Source of the DNA: Convolutriloba macropyga
Taxonomy: Eukaryota
Assembly (NCBI RefSeq): GCF_964194025.1
Contig: NC_134477.1
Location: 49,600,001 to 49,664,000 of the forward strand
Length of the DNA stretch: 64,000 nucleotides
Direction of reading: 5' to 3'
The position numbers and the translations under genes were made by a program. The notes under the pieces were generated by a model. It did no database searches and was not told the origin of the DNA. It saw only the letters and a list, made by a program, of their open reading frames with translations. Each line of letters opens with the position of its first letter. Position 1 is the stretch's first letter. Shown piece after piece: positions 52,720 to 64,000 of this stretch.

Positions 52720-55700
52720 TTACAATCATAGTAATACTGCGAAAAGTAAAAAATTACAATGAAAAATTACTGTGAAAATTAATTTTTGTAGGATGCAGGG
52801 AATTTTCATGGAGAAACTGCGAGTAAGATAGATAATTTAGGTCAAGTTGGACAAGCTAATTATGGGTTTGAAGTAAGCCTTCTTTCTGAAAAGGCTATTG
52901 TTTGGAAGGCGCCAGAGAGGGGAGTTGAGTGATATATCTTAAACAAACAAATTAAAGAACAAAAGCATTTTGATCTGTCGATATATTTCGTTTACAGCAA
53001 AGTTGCATTTGTGCACCCGGCCAAAGTCGAAATGATTGATTTAAATTTAGAAGAAAACCAGAGAGCGAACATTTGAAGTGAACTAGATATTATGGACAGA
53101 ATTGGAATTTCAATTGGAAGTAGATGTAAGTGTGATTTCAATATTGCAAATTAATGGGCAACCCCAAACCTGGTACTCCCCAACTCTTTAAGTTATTTTC
53201 AGCATTCGACTCTGAAAATTTGTGGAGATGTTCCCCTAGTGATTGTCCATGTATAATAGGGATGTGCGGCCGGTTACACCATTTCGCTCTGAGTTAGTTA
53301 AGTAGAGTTTTGTTGACTTAAAGTAAATAAAAAGGAAAATTTATAAGTTTTTCCATATACCCTGGTTGTAAAAAAGTTGTCCGACCAACCCGGGATGGGA
53401 AGGAGTTATTGGTTGATAACCAGTCAATGATGGTAGGAACCCCTAATGGTCCACTATTGCAAGAATAATTTTCAGGCGAATCCGACCAACCAATCTCATG
53501 TTATTAACACCGGAAATAGTGTGATTTAAAGGTTTTTAGGTATGTTACTGTGAAATATGAGTGTTTGAGTAAGAAATAATGGGATTAATCAGTCGTAACG
53601 TAATGCACGTATGAGTTAAGGTTTTTTGCGTGATCTTGGGAAGGGTTTAGGATGTAAATTGGCGATTTTTGAGTATATTGGTAACTATCACAGGAATGTA
53701 TTTAGCACCTAAATAGAAATTGTTTTTTCTCAAAAAATTGTAGTCTGATTGACCTGAAAATTGGAGGATAGACTAATTTGGGTACAATGAATCCGATTTT
53801 GAGTTCAGATCTGACCCCACACCAACCTGCACGGAACAAGCGCACGCCGGTGCTGCTGAACGTAAAATTTGAATTGCTGGTGGAGTATTGGTAGCAGCCT
53901 TATGATTTTTGGAGGGTTAGTGAAACTTTTCAAGGGATTTCGATTGGTTACATTTTAAACCCCAGATTTTGACCGGAAGTTGGTGCTGAGGGACGACCCG
54001 AGTGCCGAAAACAGGCAATTGGCCTTTTTGAGTTGCCGAATGACTTTGAAATGGTATTAAAATGATACCCTGAGACAGTTAGTGACAAAAAATAACCACC
54101 CCGGTCAATTTTGACGAATTCAGATTTTTCGGGTTTCGGCTCCCACGACTCGTTAAAAACATTTAAATTGCAAACGACTCGCAACTGCTGGTCCGTTGGT
54201 CATGAAACTTGGCAGGCAAGTTAGTGGCACCCTGTAGTTACTAAAAAATTTTACCCGAAGACATTTTGACCACTACTTGGCAAGTTATTGAGTTCTGAAA
54301 TTTGAGTTCATCCGGTGGGCTTTTAGGAATATTAGACTTTTCGGCAGCTTTTAACTGAGGAATTGTATGAAATGATTTCCAAGTTGGAAATTACAAATAA
54401 CCTTTGGTTTAGGGTTGATTTTATTTATTTATTCAACACATGATTTTTGACAGTTATTGATTGCAGCTAGTTAATTTGATAGCGGAAATAGAGGAATAAG
54501 AACTTTTCAGAGTAACGTTCAACGTTTACTAGGCAAACATTGATTGACATGTCATATACGAAATAAAGTGGATTGGGTTTAATTACATATGAGTCCAAAG
54601 GTCGTTTACTTAAGACAAGGAGAAAATTGAAAAATGGTTGGTAGCAGTTGAATGACAGAGCATAAATTGATTTTAGTTTGTTTGCATAGCAAACAAAGCC
54701 CTCCTACAGAATGTGATAATTTCAGGTGTAAGTTGTATTGTTTACTTAAGAGAATAAGGTTTGTTTGCTTAAGATAAGAGCGTATTGGTTGAGTATAAAT
54801 TGAGGTGACACGGTGAGAGAGAGAGAGGGGGAGTGTCGAAACGATTTGCTGAGACACAGCAGAAGTGGGACACAGAAAAGATTTTGGCACAAGCGAGAAA
54901 AGTAGTTGGTTTAGTGGGACTAAACTCTAAAAGATAGTGTGAAAATCAGGGAAGAGATTGAGAGTGAGATTGAACTCTGGAAGTTTGTAATTGCAAGACC
55001 AGTTGGGGATACTGTGAGCGTTTTTGATTTCGTTCATTTGTGAAGTGAACCACGGATATTGACATTATTATTGTAATTACCATTATAAATTGTCTTGAAT
55101 TTGTCTTTTCCAATGATGTGCAAGTAATTGTCTTACCTTCATTATCCATATAACTAGAATTGATATTACGAGCACCATTGTGGATTTACTTATTTCAAGG
55201 CAATCTAATTTGCAACAGCATACAAGAGTGGAAGAGGGGAAATCGCAGAGTAACAAAGTAACATTGCTTCACCAATTCAAAACTTTTGGTTTATTTTATT
55301 TGATCGATCTTCTGGGCGACAGAGTCCCCTCACTGTTGAGCCTAGCAGAAATTCAGAAGACGACAATTTTTAAAAAAAATACAATTAATACTCTGAAAAG
55401 TTTGTGAAAATACTCTTTTACTTTTACTTCAGAATAACATGTGTCATTATTTTTCATCTGACTAAAGTTTTCCTTCGCGAACATAATTAGAATTTCTCCG
55501 AAATTTCAATTATGAAGAGCAAAAAACGCAAAGAAAAGTTTTCGATCAATTTGTGCACAATTTTGAATTCCGCTCGTCTCGTTTATTTGATAGCAAGGTT
55601 CCACAAAATTTGAGAAATTGGGTTTTCTGTTGGAGATATCTGCTGGATAGATATTTATGAGCTGTCTACCAGAACAGCGGATATCCATCAACCCTAAAAT

Positions 55701-56810
55701 AGTTTTTTTTTCGGCAGCAGAATAACTCCTAAATTATTGAGCTTGGGTTTTGCTTGTTAAGGCATTCGTGCTTTAAATGTCTGTAAATGTCTGTAAACAA
55801 TTTTTCATCCATCAGCAGATCTGCAAATGCATGTTATTTGAATTTTCAAAAATTGATTTCTCCAAAGCACACTCAAGCTCACAATCACAAAGTTTAAAGA
55901 AACCAGTCAAGTAATAGCTGCCGAAAGTTTTACATTCATATTTGTATTAAAGATGTGGTGGCAATGATATGTTTGTTTTCCTGCATTTATAGATATTAAA
56001 GGTAGATAGAAAAGCACTCTTACGTTTAGAGGTTAACATACAGATGACACCAAAGAAAAAACGCAAAAAAACATGAAAATAACAAAATACCGTTACATGA
56101 TGAAAAGTTTTATTGAATAACATGATCTAACTCATCTTTTTATGTTGATTGTTAATGGTTGGGAATTTTTTGACATAAATATTCAGCACCTTCTTAATCA
56201 AAAACGCCGAAGAAATGCATCGTGCAAAATTTTTGTTTCTTCCGCTTTTAACGTAAGAAAACCCTCGGTATGTATGGTTTTAAACGTAAGAAATCGTTGG
56301 ATGATCAGATCAGTCTTAGATAGACGAAAAAGACAAAAGGTTTCATACTCATTCATACTCAAATCTTTTGGTATGCTCGCTTTTAAACGAAGCAATTGGT
56401 TCAGTATCTTCTGTTTAAAATTTAGTAAATCTTTACAACCACAAAAAATAACTTCTTATATAATTGTTTTCTGATTTTTTTTCTACCAATACTCCTTGAA
56501 AGTTGAAACGATTTTCCATCAAAGTTCAACAAGTCTGTTACATTTTAGATTCTGAATAAGAACAAAACTCATTTTTAACTTGTTTTGTCAACAAACTAAG
56601 GAAGATGTTTCATTATATTTGCTCATTTGTTCAAAATAATTTATCCTAGAAATGTTTGACTACAATATACACTATTGATTTGAAATTTTGTAATAAAAAC
56701 TGAAGGTTTCTGACATTTGAAACAAAACATAAAGACTGTCTTCTACAATCGAAAGAAAAAAATGTGAAGGCTTTCGTTGTTTTTGTCTCACTTGAATCGA
56801 ACGTACTCAC

Positions 56811-56892
56811 GAGTTTTCTAGGTTTGACGATGACGATTTCTGGACTAGGGCTGTTTGAGCAAACAGAATACTGCAGATACCAGCAGAAAGTG
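56811..56892 (-). CDS. Gene C exon 2 (82 nt, phase 1->2)
   Basis: 66-nt intron after exon 1; acceptor ATTTAAAG|, donor TC|GTGAGT. Open frame ALSAGICSILFAQTALVQKSSSSNLENS bridges the phases of exons 1 and 3. Confidence 0.7.
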
Positions 56893-56958
56893 CTTTAAAT
56901 AACTATTTTAAAATCTCATCGAGATCAAGAATGGGTCTGAGATTACAGTCGATCTTAC

Positions 56959-57160
56959 CGGCCTTTTCAGCGCATGAACGCGTTGTCAAACCAAAGCTTC
57001 GTGACAATCTGGCGGCTGCACAAACTGGCAAGTCAGTCATTGACACCCCATAGCGTAATTCTGCAGCTATTGTATCTTCGGGTACAATATATCCGTCGTT
57101 GAATGATATTTTACGCAACATTAAACAGAATATAAAAGCTATTACGTCTTTGAAAATCAT
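56959..57160 (-). CDS. Gene C exon 1: signal peptide and N-terminal trypsin-like region (catalytic His position = S)
   Basis: MIFKDVIAFIFCLMLRKISFNDG, then IVPE..AELRYGVSM..VCAAARLSRSFGLTTRSC (cf. IVGG..GEFPYQVSL..CGGxLIxxxWVLTAAHC). Donor G|GTAAGA, phase 1. Five exons total 1008 nt = 335 aa + stop. Confidence 0.85.
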
Positions 57161-58510
57161 ATTGGAGCGAATATGTAAGTTGAGCTATCGTAAAAAAAGA
57201 ATTCAAATAGCAAAATAAACAGTTGTTAATGACAGGACTTAAGGATATAAAAGTTACTTGATATTAAAGACAGTCACTTTGTAGTTTCAAAGTTGTTTCA
57301 TATTATCAAAAAGTACGAATAATTACCAAACAAATTAATATTTAGGCAATTTGACAAAACTGTCTATCGCAGAGTCCTTAAGAACTCCCCCGTAAATTAG
57401 GACACTAGTTGAATGATTTTGGTTGAATTTGAAGTTGTCAAAAATGGCTGTCACTTGAAGTGAGTCACATTCAACTCACTTTCATCAAGTTAAACAAAAA
57501 ATTATTGTTCTTGTTAAATTTTGATTCGCGGCATCACAGTTAATAAGAGTGTGTGAAGCGCTTCAGTTGTTTGGTTCATCATTTCAAAGCTACTAGCAGA
57601 GGAACAATGGAATATATGAATTCATAAAAGCCTCTGAAATATGAGACGCGATAACCGTTGTCGAACGCCAAGTCAATATCAGTACAGGGCCAGTGTAAAA
57701 CAGTTGCAAATCGATACTGGAAAATACCATAGCCGAGACCTGAAGATTATCTTGCATGATTGTTGCACAAAAATGATTCCCTTGCAAGATCTTGCAAGAC
57801 AAAGATTTATTTAGCAAGATTCTTGCAAGTTCATTTTGGTCAAGCTCGGCTCTCATTGGTTGTTAGAGACGCATTATCTTTCATTTAATGCAGAAGTGTA
57901 AAAAGTGAAATGATCATAGCTGACTCAGAACTGATTTTAGACTTGATATTAGAAGTTACTTTTTTATTAGTAATAAAACTTTGATAAAAAGAATAAATCG
58001 GTCAGAAACAGCACTCTCGTCCCACGTTGGTCTTGCTGAAGTTTGCTCCAAAAACTTTTTGCAAGATTCTTCCAAGATTCTTGCAAATGGATGTGATTCA
58101 AGAATCTTGCAATATCTTGCAAGATAACCAACCATCCGTAGTTAACTACTGTAAAATGATTGTATTGGCTGATCATGGGAGTAAAAAATGGTAAGCAGAA
58201 AGGATTATATATCTAATGACCCCGGTGAATTAAGCGGTATCATTTTAATAAATACCGCTTATATCATAGTAGTGCTCGTTAGACTCTGTGTTGTAGATTA
58301 GAACACAAAGCTGCGATAATCTAGACATTGGGTATCCCATATGCTTGCGTATACCCAGAAAAATTTCCTCTTAATATTGGAGTCAGGTGAGATAACCTAA
58401 AAACTTGAGATCAAAACAATATACGTTGCTATTTCTTTTATGCAGCTGAGGGTGAATTTCATCTGAGTTAGCGAGGATAAATTGTGAGAAAGCGAGGATA
58501 AAACCGTCAA

Positions 58511-58976
58511 NNNNNNNNNNNNNNNNNNNNNNNNNNNNNNNNNNNNNNNNNNNNNNNNNNNNNNNNNNNNNNNNNNNNNNNNNNNNNNNNNNNNNNNNNN
58601 NNNNNNNNNNNNNNNNNNNNNNNNNNNNNNNNNNNNNNNNNNNNNNNNNNNNNNNNNNNNNNNNNNNNNNNNNNNNNNNNNNNNNNNNNNNNNNNNNNNN
58701 NNNNNNNNNNNNNNNNNNNNNNNNNNNNNNNNNNNNNNNNNNNNNNNNNNNNNNNNNNNNNNNNNNNNNNNNNNNNNNNNNNNNNNNNNNNNNNNNNNNN
58801 NNNNNNNNNNNNNNNNNNNNNNNNNNNNNNNNNNNNNNNNNNNNNNNNNNNNNNNNNNNNNNNNNNNNNNNNNNNNNNNNNNNNNNNNNNNNNNNNNNNN
58901 NNNNNNNNNNNNNNNNNNNNNNNNNNNNNNNNNNNNNNNNNNNNNNNNNNNNNNNNNNNNNNNNNNNNNNNNNNNN
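58511..58976. other. Assembly gap (466 N)
   Basis: Run of N. Confidence 1.
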
Positions 58977-59504
58977 CATTGAAGGTTCTTGTTCAATCTT
59001 TATCAATTATAGCTTTATAAATATTAGCTATACCAATGTGTAAACCAAACTTTGATACAAAGTGGTGAGACGTGCCTGATTTTAGCATATCTTAGGAATT
59101 AGATGCCTGTTGCTAATATGATGAAGCAAGAAAATTTCTCGTTGAATAAATTATTCTGCCAAGATAACGCAAAGAGATTTTCTTGAGGAATTCTTAACAT
59201 ATCTTCCCATCTACATTTCAATTATTTTGCCTAACTCCTTATTTTTCGTACCAAAAACTTCGTAAGCTCACCAAATAGGTGTGAACTGGTAACAGAAACT
59301 AACTGAAAAGAAGAACGCAATAAGGAGTATCAAGTCAGTAATTGAGGAGTAAAATGACGCCAGTGAAGTTTTTCAAATTAATCGTAGTAGACAATAACAA
59401 GCTGGGATAAAAATAAAGAAACTAATGAAGACCTTGTTAGCTTTTTTGGGCTATCAGAAAACCGTTCCATATTCAACAGGAAACAGTCCCAACCTGTTTA
59501 GCAC

Positions 59505-59536
59505 ACTGCCCTCCCTACAAGAGTAGGGAGGGCAGT
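59505..59536. repeat. Perfect 14-bp GC-rich hairpin
   Basis: ACTGCCCTCCCTAC-AAGA-GTAGGGAGGGCAGT. Confidence 0.9.
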
Positions 59537-59629
59537 ATCATCGTTACGAGTTTCAACTTGATTTTTAGTAGTTGTGTATAAGATAACCAGTTTTGAGCAA
59601 TCAAGGAAAGATCTTTTATTCTAGACGTT

Positions 59630-60025
59630 TTTCTCTGATCCAATCATTTTCCATGTTTTGTGTTCTGATCAGATCATTTTTCATTTCTGGTTAGACCATT
59701 TTACGTGCTTTTATCACACCAATTTCCATGCTTTCTTTTACGATAAGCCATTTTTTCTATGCTTTGCCTTCACATCAGAGAATTTTCCATTTGATCATAA
59801 CGATCCTTTGATCATAATATTTTCCATGCCTTTCCCTATCATCAGACCATTGTCCAAATTTTTTTCCCCTCTGATCAGACAATTTTTCATGCGCTGCCCT
59901 CTGATCAGATTTTTTTCGTTGTTTTTCCTACCTGATAACACCAATTTCCAAACTTTGTCTTCTGATTGGACCATTTTCTATGCCTTGACCTCAACTCAGC
60001 CAGATGCATTTGCCCTCGTGTGATC
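59630..60025. repeat. Degenerate CTGATCAGA.CATTTT..CATGC minisatellite
   Basis: Repeated TCTGATCAGA / TTTTCCATGC motifs at ~30-nt spacing. Confidence 0.65.
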
Positions 60026-60157
60026 TTTTTTGGGATACACTTAAACACCCCCCCCCCCCTCCCCTAATTTGGTCCTATCAGTGTTAGCCTTTGGTCTGCA
60101 AACTCAGCTTGAGAAGATACAAAATGTCTCAAAAAACGAGTCCTAATTGATTGTAAA

Positions 60158-60579
60158 TTAAATACATAAACAAAACATTAAAATAGAAACTATGGAACAA
60201 ACCAGCAAGATAAACAATAAAACGATCAAAATCCACAAAACTATATCCAATTTGATCTCAACTTCCTCCAGAAAATCATCCGTTATCGCAATATTGTCCA
60301 TATCATTGGTTTCAACGGAGAGCATTAGCGTTGATTCAGAATTATTGGAAAGACAATTTTGGCTATTGTTTTCTCCATTTGTCGGCGTTAATGTTGTGGT
60401 TTCCAAATTTGTTATTATATTTGAAAAATTTTGAGAGCCCACCGGGTCTCGAAACCGGGTTTGTACGAGAGGACCTTGCGTGAGAGTCTTATATGTCATT
60501 TCCTTGAGCCATTCCCAGATGTCGTAGGCATGCAAGTTGATGACGTACACTTTTTTGTCCGTCACTTCAAACACAACTC
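60158..60579 (-). CDS. Gene D last exon (third paralog; upstream exons not found in the window): S1 C-terminus, long S/T/N stalk, terminal TM helix
   Basis: Acceptor TTTTTTCTACCAG|GA (phase 1). GVVFEVTDKKVYVINLHAYDIWEWL matches genes A and C. Ends IVLWILIVLLFILLVCSIVSILMFCLCI*. Confidence 0.88.
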
Positions 60580-61058
60580 CTGGTAGAAAAAACAGCGATA
60601 TATTTTTTCTTTTCAAAATTGAAAACTTATCAAAAAGAGAAATAATTTTTCCGACGCAATTTGTAAGGGACTAACTCTATGCTCAAGTGGGTTCTTTTTA
60701 ATAGAATCAATTTCGGCTGACCGATATATTTACCGTTCAATTTGCAAAGCCCGTTATGTGCAGATTAAATTTATCCCCAGTCGAAATTAATATCAAGAAT
60801 AGTGATTTTCGCTTAATTTTCAAATGGGGGAAGTAAGGAATCTAAATTGTTACTAATGATGCATTTATTACAGAAATTTGAAAAAATTTGCATTAGAAAA
60901 TGTTCTGAAGATTCGGGAAATTTCAGCTTAAATCTCATTCTTTTTTCAAAAAAAGACACTACGAGCCATGAGGGCGTTTTCATTTTAACGAAAGGAAAGT
61001 TTAACTGCAGTTTCACGCCGTTCAGCCTGGATTTATAGAACAGTTAGTCTTTGTTCAC

Positions 61059-61256
61059 AGTTTTTGACAATACGTTTTGTTAAATTGGGCAATTCTTCTT
61101 GAATTGAAGTTCAGTTTGTATTTGTTGCTTTTGACAAATTATCTCCGGTTACAATATTTTTCATTCATAAAATTTTCGAATTGAAAATATTTTACAAAAG
61201 ATAATATGTCAAAAGCAACAAATACCCAATTTGACAAAACGTATTGGCAAAAACTA
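61059..61256. repeat. Imperfect inverted repeat (foldback)
   Basis: AATACGTTTTGTTAAATTGGG..GTATTTGTTGCTTTTGACA.ATTATCT vs AGATAAT.TGTCAAAAGCAACAAATACCCAATTTGACAAAACGTATT. Confidence 0.75.
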
Positions 61257-61739
61257 CATAAACCTTCTTACAGTAAGTTTGAAATGTACTACAAGAAAAT
61301 TTTTACAGTACAACTCTTGTAAGAAAAAATCATCCAAAAAAATATAGAAATATATAATAAAAACAGTTTTCTAAGAGAGTGAATATTCCGATCAAAACAA
61401 AACAGCCGAAGAACACGTTAACTGTCTCTGCATTACGTGACCAAGGTTTAAAAATTTAAATTTCACTTTTTTTTATTTTGGGGAAGCAAAACCATTTTGA
61501 GCATGTAGTTGGCCTAAAACTTTGTCGCCCAAGCTTTATTAGTAATTGCTTCTGAACAAAATCAAAGATTTTCTTTCTTGAAATCAGGAAATATTAAATT
61601 TGTAGTTTTATATCAATACTAATAATAGCAAATATATACAAAAATTTTTTTGAGACACAGTCCCTTGTTCTTACCGAATATAGAATGCCATTCAGTAATG
61701 TTAAAGTCATCAGAAAGAAAGCTGGACATTGCTGTTCAT

Positions 61740-61965
61740 TGTGCATGAAATGAATGGGAAAATGCATAAAATGAGCAGGATTTGAGCGGACAGTTTGACC
61801 ATATCCTCTCAAATTTGAGCGGAATTTGAGCAGAACAAAAATGCCAGAAATGAGCGTAAATTGAGTGGAATCAAAATGCAAGAAATGAGCGGAATTTGAG
61901 CGGAATAAAAATGCAAGAAATAAGCTGAAATTGATTGGAATCGAAATGCAAAAAATGAAAAAATT
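61740..61965. repeat. Degenerate AAATGC/TTTGAGCGG minisatellite
   Basis: Repeated TTTGAGCGGA and AAATGCA motifs. Confidence 0.65.
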
Positions 61966-61999
61966 TGGGCAGACTAAAGTACAAACAATAGTAGTATCC

Positions 62000-62081
62000 A
62001 TATCTGCCATGTTACTGGAGTGGGGGGGGGGGGGGGGGGGGTGTGTCCGGACCCCCCGCCCTCCAGTAACATGGCAGATAT
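62000..62081. mobile_element. Tiny MITE-like element: perfect 21-bp inverted repeats around (G)n..GTCCGGACCCCCC
   Basis: ATATCTGCCATGTTACTGGAG ... CTCCAGTAACATGGCAGATAT. Confidence 0.7.
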
Positions 62082-62194
62082 CCGCTGTTGAAATGTTCGC
62101 TGTATATAGAATTAGGTGTTACCTAAGTTTTGAACTCTCACCAAATCTTTTTGGTGAAAAACATAAAAAAACCTAATATAAGACACCAGAAGCC

Positions 62195-62650
62195 TAAAAT
62201 TTTTCAAAAAATTTCAAAAATTTTTTCGAAAATTTTTCAAAATTTTTCAAAGTCCTAAAATGGTCTGAAATGGATTTTGCGCTATGAAAGAGCACTCAAA
62301 AGTGACTTTTTGTTGACTTCACTTTTTTCACCTAAGTAGTATAGGGGACGAAACATCAAAATTTCGAATTTTTTGAAAAAAATTTTCAAAATTTTTCAAA
62401 GTCCTAAAATGGTCTGAAATGGATTTTGCGCTATAAAAGAGCACTCAAAAGTGATTTTTTGTTGACTTCACTTTATTCACCTATGAAGCATGGGGGGTCG
62501 AAACATACAAAAATTTCGTTATTTTTCTGAAAAAAAATTTCAAAAATTTTTTGAAGCCCTAAAGTGGCATGAAATTGATTTTTCGCAATGAAGGAGCTTT
62601 CAAAAATGATTTTTTGTGGACTTCATTTTTGTTCAACCAAATAGGACATG
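62195..62650. repeat. ~150-bp tandem repeat x3
   Basis: GTCCTAAAATGGTCTGAAATGGATTTTGCGCTA at 62252 and 62401; diverged third copy at ~62556. Confidence 0.9.
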
Positions 62651-63169
62651 AAAAAACTCAGTTTTTGAAGTAGTCTGAAAGAAGTCAAAGAGCAGTCAGA
62701 AGCAGTTTTTTGTTGACAATACTTTTTGCAAATGTTCAGTGTGATGTGGAAAGCTTGGCTTTATTTTTTTTTATATACATGTGTAACTATGTATATTTCT
62801 ATCAAAACAAGTACGTATATTTGCTTACATGTGTTCAAAATTGTAATGTTTATGTAGGAATGATCAATTGAAAGAAACGAAAGAATGAGAGTTTTATTTA
62901 TATAATTATGCGTATTCATGTGTATAAGGAAAGTATATATGAAAGTGTATATCTGTTTATAAGTAATTTTAACTGTGCTTAAGTTTAGTAATATGTTTCT
63001 ATGAGTATAAGCTGAAGTGTATGTCTGTGGGTTGAAATTGTAAATGTGTGTATATGTCAAAACGTTCTTGGTTTTATGTGTGTATGTTTTTCTATATCTA
63101 TACAGTGAAATGTATGTATATATGTCTGAATGTGTTTATGTATTTATGTATTTATATGTTTGCAATCCG

Positions 63170-63212
63170 ATGAGAGAGAGATAGAGAGAGGGAGAGAGAT
63201 AGAGAGAGGGGG
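63170..63212. repeat. (GA)n microsatellite
   Basis: Interrupted GA run. Confidence 0.9.
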
Positions 63213-63340
63213 AGATAAGTTCCTGGAGGGCAATTTAATTGCATTGAAGAATGTTGTTATTTGTCTCCACGATCCAATAGTATTATATCTTGCACACGGA
63301 TTTTGATCTTCAGCGTAGCTAAACTCTGTTCCATTAAGCA

Positions 63341-63610
63341 TTGGCAAGAAAAATGTCACAAACTAAGACGACAACAAGTTTTTGATGTTCTGAGCATGCT
63401 TTGTTGAAAACTGAATTTTTTACACCTATCTAGCTACCATAATAAAAAACTATTAAGATTTTTCTTAAAAAAACAAATTCATGCTCTTTGTCATTTACTC
63501 CTTGGCAAGAAAATGATAAAATGTTGCAACACAGAAGACAAAAACAACTTTTTGATGTTCTGGGCATGCTTTTTTTTGAAAACGAATTTCTCTATACGCA
63601 TTCAGCTACC
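63341..63610. repeat. Diverged direct repeat (~160-bp period)
   Basis: TTGGCAAGAAAA..TTTTTGATGTTCTG.GCATGCTTT..GAAAAC..AGCTACC occurs twice. Confidence 0.75.
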
Positions 63611-64000
63611 CTTCTAGGATTGAGCAAGATTATTTACAGGAAAAAATTATTTGAGATAAATTGTTGAGAGATAAACAATAAATTGAGCTAAGTAAAAAGA
63701 TTAAATTCTGTAAAAATCCGAAAAATTTGGTGGAAAAACTATGATATGCAGGAGCAGCTGAACGTGTTAGTTAAATAAAGTAGAATGATAGGAATTCGTC
63801 AAGAGCTTGAATCAAACAAATAGTGTAATGTTGTACAAGAAGAGTAGTTTCCACTGGAATTGTAAAAAAAGCTAAATTTTCAAAAGTTAATTAGCCACTT
63901 GATGAATTAAGCAAGAAAGAACACAAGCTTTGTATCTGCGGGGGGTTGCTAGAAACAGCTTCAGTAGCTAATAAGTCTTGTTTGCGTATTGGGATTAAAA

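Noticed and set aside
53200-55170. Possible solo LTR or DNA-transposon body in gene C intron 2 (purine-skewed, compositionally distinct)
   Set aside because: No TG..CA ends, TSD, TIR or coding remnant could be identified.
56198-56410. Possible alternative terminal exon in gene C intron 2 (acceptor plus downstream AATAAA)
   Set aside because: The long frame is phase 0 but exon 2 ends in phase 2, giving an immediate stop; no homology to the family.

Overview
AT-rich, repeat-dense eukaryotic (animal-like) scaffold with two N-gaps and spliceosomal GT-AG introns. (1) Bases 1-~6.6 kb hold a decayed Polinton/Maverick (adintovirus-like) remnant. It includes a pseudogenised protein-primed family-B DNA polymerase (minus strand; N-terminal C2H2 fingers, putative vOTU-like Cys/His region, EndoVII-like insert), a long hairpin, and a divergently oriented spliced ORF that may be PC4-like. 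(2) The main signal, hidden from the ORF track by large introns, is a cluster of three divergent paralogous genes. They encode signal peptide + catalytically dead trypsin-fold (S1) domain + Ser/Thr stalk + C-terminal membrane anchor. Gene A is on + (8581-32927), gene C on - (57160-43215, full 5-exon 335-aa model), and only the last exon of gene D is present (-, 60579-60158). (3) Introns and spacers are filled with a 1688-bp higher-order tandem array, a ~1.36-kb tandem triplication, MITE/foldback elements, palindromes and minisatellites. No rRNA, tRNA or CRISPR features were seen. All gene models were built by eye from motifs, splice consensus and intron phase.
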